A DNA stretch of 64,000 nt from assembly GCA_003135415.1 (NCBI GenBank), contig PLBP01000013.1, positions 30,601 through 94,600 on the forward strand. The letters are read 5' to 3'. Position numbers and translations under genes: made by a program. Source of the stretch: Hyphomicrobiales bacterium. Lineage in GTDB: Bacteria; Pseudomonadota; Alphaproteobacteria; Rhizobiales; Xanthobacteraceae. This document shows, piece after piece, positions 40,996 through 51,490 of this stretch; the first letter of the stretch is position 1; every line of letters starts with the position of its first letter. The notes beneath the pieces are model-generated. The model did no database searches. It was not told the origin of the DNA and worked only from the letters and a program-made list of their open reading frames with translations.

Positions 40996-43900
40996 TTAGT
41001 TCTTGACCGATCGTTTGCGGGGTGCTGCCGCCTCGGCCTTCTCCCATTCGGGCTTGAGCCGGGGATTGTTAGCGGCTTCATCAAGCGGGGTCGCCGACCA
41101 AGTTTGTACCGCGAGCTTTGCCGCGGTCAAAGTCTGCGCATCCAAGCGGCCCGCCACGTCGTCGCGCTTCTTGGCGGCATCCGCGTCGCCCTGGTTTGCG
41201 GCGAGCTTGAACCAGCGGAACGATTCCGCCATATTTGGGTCCACCCCGAAACCGCGTGCATAGAGCACGCCAAGATTATATTGGCTGTCGCGCACGTTGC
41301 GGTCGGCTGCCATCCGGAACCAGCGGGCGGCTGACTTGTAGTCGGGCTTGCCGTCGATACCCTCGGAATAGAGCACGGCGAGATTATGCATCGCCTTGGC
41401 GTGCCCCGCCTCGGCCGCGATCGTATAGTAGCGGCGCGCCTCGGCACTGTTTTTCGCGGTGCCATAGCCTTTTTCATAGATGCTGCCGAGCCGGTAAGCG
41501 GCCGGCGCAGAGCCGCGCGACTGGGCGATCTCGAACCAGCGCCGGGCCTCGAGCGTATTCGTTTGCACGCCGCGGCCTTCGAACCAGCGCGAGCCGATTT
41601 CGTAGGCGGCGATGGGATCGGCGGCCATCGCCGCCATCCGCAAGGCGGTCGTTCCGATCGAGCCCGGAAGTTCCGCCGGCGCACGCGCGGGCGTGACGGC
41701 GCTTTCCACGAGCGTATTCGCGGGTCTCGCGTTCTTGATCGAGCCGGTCGTCTCGGGATCGCTCTCGGGCTTTGCCAGGAGACTCGACGAAGGCGCTTTG
41801 CCCACGACGCCGGATGGCGGTGCGCTTGCGATCGCGGGATCCGGATCGGAGGAGATCGCCGATTGCTTTTCCACCGGCGTGGACTCCGTCTCGGAAGATC
41901 CGGAGGGCGGCGCCGGCGGCTCGGCGTGAAAGAACAACGGCATCCACACGCCGCTGAAGCGCACGGCGCCGAATATAAGAAGCATGGCCATCAGGCCAAT
42001 GAACAGCGTCCGCACGCGACCGGGCTTGGCCGCGGTCTTTGTATTGGTGTCTCTTCGCGCGGAAGCGGGAACATTCTGCTCGGCCGCGGCGGCTTGCGCG
42101 GCACGCCGGGCGGCGGCGATGAAGTCGGAGGTTCGCGTCGAACTCTCCGGCAGTTTTGACACGATACCGCCGAGGGCTGCTTCCGATTGGGCGATGCGTT
42201 GCGCGGCACTTTGCGGTCCGCGCGGACGCGGGATGCCGGTTCCGGGCTCAAGCGGATAATCGCCACCTTCTTCGCTGGCGCTGGTGACCGATGCGGTTTC
42301 GGGATCGCCCGCGATCGGACGCGGCACGGCGCGGACGGCGGGCACACGCGGCGGGGAGGCCGGCTCTTGCTTTACCTCCGGTGGGCGTGGCGAGACCTCT
42401 GGCAGCTGCGGCGAGATATCGGGCGAGCGCGGGGCGGGTGTTGATTTTGCTTGGGGCTCGGCTTCGGCAAGCCTGCGCTCCTCAATCTCCGCAAATCTTG
42501 TGGCCGCGGGCGACGATGAGCGCATGGCGCGCTCCGCGACATCGATCGCATTCGCGCGCACTTCATGAATTTGGCCGAAAAGATCGTTCAGGCCGCGTTC
42601 CAGATTGCCGAGGCTCCCGAGCCTCATCTCGGCGGACGCGAGCTTGTCGACGAGACTTTTCATCGTGGCTTCTAAGCCGCCGGGCTCGCCCCGGTCACCG
42701 CGTTCAAGCGCGCCCTCGATCTGCTCAAGCCGGTTCCGGATGTCGTCGAGCACAGCCGAACCCGCCGGCTGGCGTGCCGCCGACTCCACGCGTTCGGCGA
42801 AAGTGTCGATGCGCCGCCCCAGCGCACTCACGACGTCGAGCACGGCGCCTTCGCCGGGCGAGGCGGAGTTCTCGAACTTGTGCACGAGCATTTCGATCTG
42901 GCCGACGAGCGTCTTCAGCGCGTCGCTTGGAAGCGCGTTCGCCAACAATTCGCGGATCTCGCCGGTCTGTACCTGCAGACGGTCGACGGTGGCGCCGTCT
43001 ATGCCGCGCGCGTTGAGCTGATCGAGCTTACCCGAGAGCATCTGCAGATCGCGCTCGACGGCGGAAAAATTCTCGGCCGGGCGCACGTCGGCAAGCGCGC
43101 CGCGGATTTCCTTCAGCGCGTCGATAATTTCGCCCGCGCTCTCGTCCGATGCTCCGAGCGAAGTACGGTCGATCCGGCGCGCAAGCGCCTCGATCGTGCG
43201 CTCCAGGGTTTCGATCGAGCGGCGAGGCGCGAGTTCGGAAAGCGTGCGCGCGAGCTCGGCGACCTCGCGCCGCACCGTTTCGATGGATTCGGCCTGCACG
43301 CTTACGCGGCGAAGTGCCTGCATTTCGTCGGCCATGGTCTTCAATTGATGCTCGAGACCGGAGAGATCCGAGCTCGCGCGATGGCCAAGGCCGAAGCGCG
43401 TATCGATCGCGGCCAATCGCCGTTCGAGATCGCCGCCGCGTACGCCCTGATCGAGCGCCATTTGCCGCACGGTGATCTCGGCGATCGCGGCATCGAGCTC
43501 GGCGATCGAGGGCGAAGCCCCAGCCGCAAGCGGAGGCGCGACATAGCGCGTGTTTTCCTGCTCGACCCGGCGGCTCATCGCTTCGATGGCGCCGGCGATG
43601 TCGGAAAGCTTGCGCTCGATTTCGGGCTCGCGCGTGGAAGCGCCCGGACGATGTTGCGAAAATAGCGCCTCTAACCGGTGATCGAGCCGGTCGATTGAGG
43701 TCTTGATATGATGCGGCGTGCCTTGATCGTTGGCGCGAATGTCGCCGATCAGAGTTTCGATCCGCTGGGTGAGGGTGTCGAGCGAGTGGAGAACGCTCTC
43801 TTCCCGCCCGCCGCGTTTGTCGCTTCGCGTGCGCGGCTCGTGCTGCATGAAATGTTCGAGCCGCTCGGAGATATCCTCAAGCCGCTGTTCGAGGCGCTCG

Positions 43901-44076
43901 CTTCCAGGGCGCCGCTGGACAGGGACGCGCGCCGAATTCGGTTCGCTCGCGGTTTCGCGGATCGCTGCTTCCAGCCACTCGCCGACCGAAAGGCCGGAAC
44001 GGCGCGCCGCTTCCCGAGCCGTGGCCCAGGTGTCGGGCTCCACGGCATTGACGCTCCAGGGGACGCTCGCGGTCAT
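40996..44076 (-). CDS. Large PodJ-like polar organising protein: N-terminal coiled coils, TM segment, C-terminal Sel1/TPR repeats
   Basis: Track ORF runs to 44151 (GTG, no RBS). ATG 44076 gives MTASVPWSVNAVEPDTWATAREAARRSGLSVGEWL.., which resembles PodJ N-termini. A TM helix lies at ..TLFIGLMAMLLIFGAV... At least 4 Sel1 repeats (..AAYRLGSIYEKGYG.., ..AMHNLAVLYSEG.., ..QYNLGVLYARGFG..). Confidence 0.65.
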   Translation of the reverse strand: MTASVPWSVNAVEPDTWATAREAARRSGLSVGEWLEAAIRETASEPNSARVPVQRRPGSERLEQRLEDISERLEHFMQHEPRTRSDKRGGREESVLHSLDTLTQRIETLIGDIRANDQGTPHHIKTSIDRLDHRLEALFSQHRPGASTREPEIERKLSDIAGAIEAMSRRVEQENTRYVAPPLAAGASPSIAELDAAIAEITVRQMALDQGVRGGDLERRLAAIDTRFGLGHRASSDLSGLEHQLKTMADEMQALRRVSVQAESIETVRREVAELARTLSELAPRRSIETLERTIEALARRIDRTSLGASDESAGEIIDALKEIRGALADVRPAENFSAVERDLQMLSGKLDQLNARGIDGATVDRLQVQTGEIRELLANALPSDALKTLVGQIEMLVHKFENSASPGEGAVLDVVSALGRRIDTFAERVESAARQPAGSAVLDDIRNRLEQIEGALERGDRGEPGGLEATMKSLVDKLASAEMRLGSLGNLERGLNDLFGQIHEVRANAIDVAERAMRSSSPAATRFAEIEERRLAEAEPQAKSTPAPRSPDISPQLPEVSPRPPEVKQEPASPPRVPAVRAVPRPIAGDPETASVTSASEEGGDYPLEPGTGIPRPRGPQSAAQRIAQSEAALGGIVSKLPESSTRTSDFIAAARRAAQAAAAEQNVPASARRDTNTKTAAKPGRVRTLFIGLMAMLLIFGAVRFSGVWMPLFFHAEPPAPPSGSSETESTPVEKQSAISSDPDPAIASAPPSGVVGKAPSSSLLAKPESDPETTGSIKNARPANTLVESAVTPARAPAELPGSIGTTALRMAAMAADPIAAYEIGSRWFEGRGVQTNTLEARRWFEIAQSRGSAPAAYRLGSIYEKGYGTAKNSAEARRYYTIAAEAGHAKAMHNLAVLYSEGIDGKPDYKSAARWFRMAADRNVRDSQYNLGVLYARGFGVDPNMAESFRWFKLAANQGDADAAKKRDDVAGRLDAQTLTAAKLAVQTWSATPLDEAANNPRLKPEWEKAEAAAPRKRSVKN

Positions 44077-44225
44077 GGCCGATCCGTTCAAGGAACACGG
44101 AGCCCAAGGTCGGGCGAACGATGACGCTCCTTGCGCAACCCTTTCATTCACAGGGTAAATGGGGGGTTAATTCCCGCCTTTGCCGCTAGGAAAAGACGCC
44201 GCAGAGGACATCGGAAACCAACATC

Positions 44226-44241
44226 TTGACGTTGACGTAAA
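44226..44241 (+). promoter_or_regulatory. Candidate MerR/LiuR-type operator (TTGACGT-TG-ACGTAAA)
   Basis: 16-bp inverted repeat with one mismatch, 39 nt upstream of the MerR-family gene heading the acyl-CoA dehydrogenase/thiolase/FadB cluster. Confidence 0.35.
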
Positions 44242-44279
44242 CTGCTATATCACGGCTCCCACGCTTGGGAGAAAAAGCC

Positions 44280-44753
44280 ATGCGCGGTGACATCGATTCC
44301 GCCGGCGAGGGCAAACGCCGCAAGGACACGCCGAATCTAGTGGAAGGGTTCGACCCCGATGTCTGGGGGGCGCGCGCCGACCGCGACACCTTCAGCATTC
44401 GCGACCTGACGCGCGAATTCGACGTCACCGCCCGCACCCTTCGCTTCTACGAGGAGCGGGGGCTGCTTTCGCCCCGCCGCGAGGGCCAGGAGCGGATCTA
44501 CGGCCGGCGCGACCGGGCGCGGCTCAAGCTCGCGCTGATGGGCAAGGTCGTCGGCTTTTCACTCGACGAGATTCGCGCAATGCTCGATCTTTACGACCTC
44601 GGCGACGGCCAGGCCACGCAGCTCAAGGTCGCTCTCGGGCGCTTTCAAGATCAAATCGCGCGCCTGAAATCCCAGCGGCAGCATCTGGACCGGGCAATGG
44701 CCGAGCTGCAACGCGCGAGCGACCACATCGCAAAAAAAATCGCCGGGCGCTAA
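44280..44753 (+). CDS. MerR-family transcriptional regulator (LiuR-like context)
   Basis: ..FSIRDLTREFDVTARTLRFYEERGLLSPRR.. is a MerR HTH. A coiled-coil dimerisation helix follows. ATG 44280 preferred over TTG 44265. Confidence 0.8.
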   Translation: MRGDIDSAGEGKRRKDTPNLVEGFDPDVWGARADRDTFSIRDLTREFDVTARTLRFYEERGLLSPRREGQERIYGRRDRARLKLALMGKVVGFSLDEIRAMLDLYDLGDGQATQLKVALGRFQDQIARLKSQRQHLDRAMAELQRASDHIAKKIAGR

Positions 44754-44795
44754 AGCGCGGGCAACGAAAAGCCGAATGAAAAGCCGGAGGAGAAA

Positions 44796-46586
44796 ATGCC
44801 AAGCTATAAAGCGCCCGTCGACGACGTCCTCTTTCTTTTGAAGGAGGTCTTCCACATCGAGCGCTACGACAACCTGCCGGGCTTCGCCGATGCCAGCATC
44901 GAAACGCTTGCGGCGATCCTCGGCGAGGGCGCGAAGCTTTGCGAGGAAGTGCTGCAGCCGCTCAACCGCGTCGGCGACAAAGAAGGCTGCAAGCGCAACG
45001 CCGACGGCTCGGTGACGACGCCCAAGGGCTTCAAGGAAGCCTACCAGCAAATGTCCGAGGGCGGTTGGATCGGCCTCTCCGCCGATGCGGCCTATGGCGG
45101 CCAGGGCCTGCCGCATACCGTCGATGCCGCCATGAGCGAATTCATTTCCGCCGCTAACATGGCCTTCGGCATGTATCCCGGTCTTTCGAAGGGCGCATAC
45201 CGCGCGCTCGCGATCCACGGCAGCGACGAGCAAAAGAAAAAATATCTCCCCAAGCTCGTCTCCGGCGAATGGTCGGGCACGATGAACCTGACCGAGCCGC
45301 AATGCGGCACCGATCTCGGCCTGATCCGCGCCAAGGCCGTGCCGCAAAAGGACGGCAGCTACAAGATTTCCGGCACCAAGATTTTCATTTCGGCCGGCGA
45401 GCATGATCTTGCGAAGAACATCGTGCATCTCGTGCTCGCGCGCATCGAAGGCGCGCCCGAGGGGGTGAAGGGCATTTCGCTGTTCGTGACGCCGAAGCTG
45501 AAAATTAATGCTGACGGCAGCGTCGGCGGCCCGAACGGGGTCAGCTGCGGCTCGATCGAAGAGAAAATGGGCATTCACGGCAACTCGACCTGCGTCATCA
45601 ATTACGACGAGGCGACGGGCTGGCTCGTGGGCGAAGCAAACCGCGGGCTGAACGCGATGTTCGTGATGATGAACGAGGCTCGCCTCGGCGTCGGTATCCA
45701 GGGCCTCGCACTTTCCGAGGTCGCCTATCAGAACGCCGCGCAATACGCCAAGGACCGCCTGCAGGGCCGCTCGATCTCGGGCGTGAAAGCGCCCGGCAAA
45801 CCCGCCGATCCGATCATCGTGCACCCCGACATCCGGCGCATGCTAATGACGATGCGCGCCTTCAACGAGGCGGCGCGCGCGCTGATGCTATGGACCGCGC
45901 TCAAGGGCGATGTCGCCTTGCAGTCCGACGACGAAAAAACCCGCCAGGCCGCCGACGATCACATGGGCTTGCTCACGCCCGTGATCAAAGGCGTCTTCAC
46001 CGACAAAGGCTTCGAGAACGCCGTATTGGCGCAGCAGGTATTCGGCGGCCACGGCTACATTCAAGAGCACGGCATGGAGCAGTTCGTGCGCGACGCCCGC
46101 ATTTCCATGATCTACGAGGGCGCGAACGGCATTCAGGCGCTCGATCTCGTCGGCCGCAAATTGCCGAAGGACGGCGGCCGCGCGCTGATGACCTTCTTCA
46201 ACGAGGTGACCGCCTTCGCCAAGGAGAATTCGGGCGAGGAGATGAAGACCTATGTCGCGCCGCTCACCAACGCGCTCGGCCACCTGCAACAGGCCTCGAT
46301 GTGGTTCATGCAGAACGCCGTCGGCAAGCCCGACAATGCGGGTGCGGGCTCCTATGACTTCATGCACCTCTTCGGGCTGGTTGCGCTCGGCTATATGTGG
46401 GCCCAAATAGCTAAGGCCGCGCTCGCGCAGAAGAAGAACGGCAATGGCGCGGTCGCGCGCATGGATAGCAAACTCGTCACCGGCAAATTCTTCATGGAAC
46501 GCATGTTGCCCGAAACCGCCGCCCATCTCGCCCGCATCCAGGCGGGCTCGGGCAGCGTCATGGAACTCCCAGCGGAGGCATTCTGA
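44796..46586 (+). CDS. Long-type acyl-CoA dehydrogenase (with C-terminal extension domain)
   Basis: 596 aa. ..LTEPQCGTDLG.., ..GIHGNSTC.., ..QVFGGHGYI.. are ACAD signatures. Confidence 0.9.
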   Translation: MPSYKAPVDDVLFLLKEVFHIERYDNLPGFADASIETLAAILGEGAKLCEEVLQPLNRVGDKEGCKRNADGSVTTPKGFKEAYQQMSEGGWIGLSADAAYGGQGLPHTVDAAMSEFISAANMAFGMYPGLSKGAYRALAIHGSDEQKKKYLPKLVSGEWSGTMNLTEPQCGTDLGLIRAKAVPQKDGSYKISGTKIFISAGEHDLAKNIVHLVLARIEGAPEGVKGISLFVTPKLKINADGSVGGPNGVSCGSIEEKMGIHGNSTCVINYDEATGWLVGEANRGLNAMFVMMNEARLGVGIQGLALSEVAYQNAAQYAKDRLQGRSISGVKAPGKPADPIIVHPDIRRMLMTMRAFNEAARALMLWTALKGDVALQSDDEKTRQAADDHMGLLTPVIKGVFTDKGFENAVLAQQVFGGHGYIQEHGMEQFVRDARISMIYEGANGIQALDLVGRKLPKDGGRALMTFFNEVTAFAKENSGEEMKTYVAPLTNALGHLQQASMWFMQNAVGKPDNAGAGSYDFMHLFGLVALGYMWAQIAKAALAQKKNGNGAVARMDSKLVTGKFFMERMLPETAAHLARIQAGSGSVMELPAEAF

Positions 46587-46587
46587 T

Positions 46588-47901
<1,314 letters not shown>

Positions 47902-47972
47902 CAATCATTTTCCAAAGCCCGCGCGAAAGCGCGGGCTTTCGGTTCACAAAATAGAACAGGCGGGGAAGCGAT

Positions 47973-50189
47973 ATGAGTTACAAGAATTTCAAACTCGACG
48001 TGGACACCGACGGGATTGCGCTCGTCACCTGGGATATGCCCGGCAAGTCGATGAACGTCATCGACCAGAGCGTCACTGAGGAACTGTCGGCGATCGTCGA
48101 CAAGGTCGCTTCCGGCGCCGCCATCAAAGGCGCGGTCGTTACCTCTGGCAAGGATACGTTTTCCGGCGGCGCCGACCTCACCATGTTGCAAGGTCTCGGC
48201 CGCGCCTTCGCTGAAATCTCGAAATCGAAGGGCGAACAGGCCGCGATGCAGCTCTTCTTCGACGAGTCGCGCAAGCTCTCGCTCACCTTCCGCAAGCTTG
48301 AAAAATCAGGCAAGCCATGGGTCGCCGCGATCAACGGCACCTGCATGGGCGGCGCCTTCGAGCTGGCACTCGCCTGTCACCGCCGCTTCGCCGCCGACAA
48401 TCCGAAGTCGCGCCTCGGCCTCCCCGAAGTGAAGGTTGGTCTCTTTCCCGGCGGCGGCGGCACCCAGCGTGTGTCGCGCATGATCCAGACCACCGACGCG
48501 CTCCAGTTTCTATTCCGCGGCGAGCAGCTTCGCGTCTCCAAGGCGAAGGACATGAAACTGATCGACGAGGTCGTTCCCGCCGACAAGCTGATCGAGAGCG
48601 CCAAGGCCTGGATCAAGAATGGCGGCAAGGGCGTGCAGCCCTGGGATGTCGACGGCTTCAAGCTGCCGGGCGGTCCCGTTTTCTCCAAGGGCGGCATGAT
48701 GACCTGGCCGCCGGCGAACGCGATCTACCGCCGCGAGACCTACGACAACTATCCGGCGGTGAAGGCGATCCTGAAATGCGTGTTCGAGGGCCTGCAATTG
48801 CCGATGGACACCGCGCTCAAGGTCGAATCGCGCTATTTCGCCAACATCCTGCGCTCGAAGGAAGCGAAGGCGATGATCCGCACGCTGTTCCTCTCGATGC
48901 AGGAATTGAACAAAGGCGCACGGCGGCCGCCGAACGTGCCCGCGAAGAAGATCAACAAGATCGCGATCCTCGGCGCCGGCTTCATGGGCGCGGGCATTGC
49001 CTATGTCAGCGCGCAGGCGGGCATCGACGTCGTGCTTTTGGATCGTGACATGGAAGCGGCCGAGCGCGGCAAACAGCTCTCGCAAAAGCTGATATCCGAC
49101 CAGATCGCCAAGGGACGCGCCACGGCGGAGGATCGTGATGCGTTGCTCGCGCGCATCCGGACGACCGCGGACTACGCCGACATTGCGGGCGTCGATCTCG
49201 TCGTCGAGGCGGTGTTCGAGGATCGCAAGATCAAGGCCGATGTGATGGCGAAGTCGGAAGCCGTGATCGGACCCGACGTGATCTATGGCTCCAACACCTC
49301 GACGCTGCCGATCACTTCGCTGGCGGAGCTGTCGAAGCGGCCGGACCATTTCGTCGGCATTCATTTCTTCTCGCCGGTCGACAAGATGATGCTGGTCGAG
49401 GTGATTAAGGGCAAGAAAACCGGCGACGAGGCGATCGCGATGGCGCTCGATTTCGTCCGCGCGATCAAGAAGACACCGATCATCGTCAACGACTCGCGCG
49501 GCTTCTATACCTCGCGCGTGGTCGGTACCTATATCCGCGAAGGGCATCTGATGCTGACCGAAGGCGTGCCGGCGGCGATGGTCGAGAATGTCGGCCGCAT
49601 GGCGGGCATGCCCGTCGGCCCGCTCTCGCTCAACGACGAAGTGGCCGTCGATCTCGCCTGGAAAATCCTGCAGGCGACCAAGAACGATTTGGGCGCAGCC
49701 GTCATCGATCCGCGCCAGGAAAAACTCCTGGAGGAAATGGTGGTGAAGCGCGGACGCTATGGCCGCAAGAACGGCAAGGGCTTTTACGATTATCCGGAAA
49801 ACCAGCCGAAGCGCCTGTGGCCCGGCATTCCCGAGATCGTCGGCAAGCCGAAGCCCGGCGAAGCCTTCGATGTGGCGGAGTTGAAAGCACGCTTCCTCGC
49901 GATCCAGGCGCTGGAGACCGCGCGCTGCGTCGAGGAAGGCGTCATCACCGACATGCGTGACGCCGATGTCGGCGGCATTCTCGGCTTCGGCTACGCGCCG
50001 TTCACCGGTGGTCCGCTGTCCTATATCGATTTCATGGGCACCAAGGAGTTCGCAAAACTTTGCGACAAGCTCGCCGGCAAATATGGCGATCGCTTCAAGC
50101 CGAACGCGCTCCTGAAAGAAATGGCGGCGCGGAATGAAACCTTCTACGGCCGCTTCCAAAAGCCGGAGGAGAAGCAGAAGGCGGCGTAA
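47973..50189 (+). CDS. Bifunctional enoyl-CoA hydratase / 3-hydroxyacyl-CoA dehydrogenase (FadB/FadJ-like)
   Basis: 738 aa. N-terminal crotonase fold (..INGTCMGGAFELALAC..) and an NAD Rossmann motif (..IAILGAGFMGAGIA..). Confidence 0.9.
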   Translation: MSYKNFKLDVDTDGIALVTWDMPGKSMNVIDQSVTEELSAIVDKVASGAAIKGAVVTSGKDTFSGGADLTMLQGLGRAFAEISKSKGEQAAMQLFFDESRKLSLTFRKLEKSGKPWVAAINGTCMGGAFELALACHRRFAADNPKSRLGLPEVKVGLFPGGGGTQRVSRMIQTTDALQFLFRGEQLRVSKAKDMKLIDEVVPADKLIESAKAWIKNGGKGVQPWDVDGFKLPGGPVFSKGGMMTWPPANAIYRRETYDNYPAVKAILKCVFEGLQLPMDTALKVESRYFANILRSKEAKAMIRTLFLSMQELNKGARRPPNVPAKKINKIAILGAGFMGAGIAYVSAQAGIDVVLLDRDMEAAERGKQLSQKLISDQIAKGRATAEDRDALLARIRTTADYADIAGVDLVVEAVFEDRKIKADVMAKSEAVIGPDVIYGSNTSTLPITSLAELSKRPDHFVGIHFFSPVDKMMLVEVIKGKKTGDEAIAMALDFVRAIKKTPIIVNDSRGFYTSRVVGTYIREGHLMLTEGVPAAMVENVGRMAGMPVGPLSLNDEVAVDLAWKILQATKNDLGAAVIDPRQEKLLEEMVVKRGRYGRKNGKGFYDYPENQPKRLWPGIPEIVGKPKPGEAFDVAELKARFLAIQALETARCVEEGVITDMRDADVGGILGFGYAPFTGGPLSYIDFMGTKEFAKLCDKLAGKYGDRFKPNALLKEMAARNETFYGRFQKPEEKQKAA

Positions 50190-50258
50190 GCCCGGCTGCT
50201 TCCCGCAACGGCCATCGCGGCGTATAGGATGACGATCCGATACCGCGGAGGACGGATC

Positions 50259-50693
50259 ATGCTCCGATTTCGCTTCTTGCTTTTGATCGCACTCGTTTGT
50301 GCGTGGGCGACCGCTGCGCTCGCAGAGACGCCGGCGCCCAAGGCCGCGCCCGAGAGCGAAAACGGCCGCTATGCCATGAGCCCCGTCGCGGACGGCGTGT
50401 TGCGGCTCGATACCCGCACCGGCCAGGTTTCGCTTTGCCGACAGAAGAGCGATAGCTGGATTTGCGAGGTCACCGCCGACGACCGCGCCGCTTACGAGAA
50501 GGAAATCGCCCGCCTGCAGGCAAAAGTCGCGAGCTTAGAGGCCGAACTCAAGCGGCAGCCGGGAGGCGGCGAACTCAAATTGCCGAGCGATGCCGAGGTC
50601 GACCGCGTGATGAAATTCTTCGAAACCGTATTCCGCCGCTTCATCGGCATGATCGAGGGACTGCAGCGGGAAAACGAGCAGAAACGCAGCTGA
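50259..50693 (+). CDS. Secreted hypothetical protein with a coiled-coil segment
   Basis: Signal peptide MLRFRFLLLIALVCAWATAALA. Paired Cys (..SLCRQKSDSWIC..). Coiled coil ..EKEIARLQAKVASLEAELKR... Confidence 0.5.
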   Translation: MLRFRFLLLIALVCAWATAALAETPAPKAAPESENGRYAMSPVADGVLRLDTRTGQVSLCRQKSDSWICEVTADDRAAYEKEIARLQAKVASLEAELKRQPGGGELKLPSDAEVDRVMKFFETVFRRFIGMIEGLQRENEQKRS

Positions 50694-50761
50694 GTTGACG
50701 TTTTGGGCACGCCCCGGGTTCGACGGCTTGCAATAAGGTTCCGAAGGGCGGAACATTGGCC

Positions 50762-51472
50762 ATGACTTTGCTGCAACCGGGCCACGTTTCCGAGAGAGGT
50801 GCCGTGGAATCATCCGCGTCCTACCGCTTTGTGATCGCCGACGATCATCCGCTTTTTCGCGGCGCGCTGAAGGAAGCCGTGGGCAACCAGTTCAGCGGCG
50901 CGCGGGTATTCGAGGCCGGCGGCTTCGAAGATCTGCAGGCGTTGTTGGAGCGCGAAGGCGACATCGATCTCGTGCTTTTGGATCTCGCCATGCCGGGCGT
51001 GCGCGGCTTCTCCGGGCTGCTTTATCTTCGCGCGCAGTTTCCCGGCGTGCCGGTGGTGGTGGTATCGGCGACCGATGAAGCCGACGTGATCCGGCGCTGC
51101 ATGGAATTCGGCGCCTCCGGCTTCCTGCCGAAGACGCTCGGTATCGATGTGATGCGTACCGCGATTCACCAAGTGCTCGAAGGCGGCGTGTGGACGCCGC
51201 CCGACGTCGATCTTACGGCTGGCCCCGACGACGACACCCGCGACCTCGTGACCAAGCTATCGACGCTCACGCCGCAACAGGTACGCGTGCTGATGATGCT
51301 GTCGGGGGGGCTGCTCAACAAGCAGATCGCCTACGAGCTCGGTGTTTCGGAGGCGACCGTGAAGGCGCACGTCTCGGCGATCCTGCAAAAGCTCGGGGTC
51401 GAAAGCCGCACGCAAGCGGTGATCGCCGCCTCCAAGATCGAGGCCGGTCAATGGTCGCGCCCGGTTAATTAA
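50762..51472 (+). CDS. LuxR/FixJ (NarL)-family response regulator
   Basis: REC domain (..FVIADDHPLF.., ..LVLLDLAMPG..) plus a LuxR HTH (..LTPQQVRVLMMLSGGLLNKQIAYELGVSEATVKAHVSAIL..). Confidence 0.85.
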   Translation: MTLLQPGHVSERGAVESSASYRFVIADDHPLFRGALKEAVGNQFSGARVFEAGGFEDLQALLEREGDIDLVLLDLAMPGVRGFSGLLYLRAQFPGVPVVVVSATDEADVIRRCMEFGASGFLPKTLGIDVMRTAIHQVLEGGVWTPPDVDLTAGPDDDTRDLVTKLSTLTPQQVRVLMMLSGGLLNKQIAYELGVSEATVKAHVSAILQKLGVESRTQAVIAASKIEAGQWSRPVN

Positions 51473-51490
51473 CAAGCATCGATAAATTAT

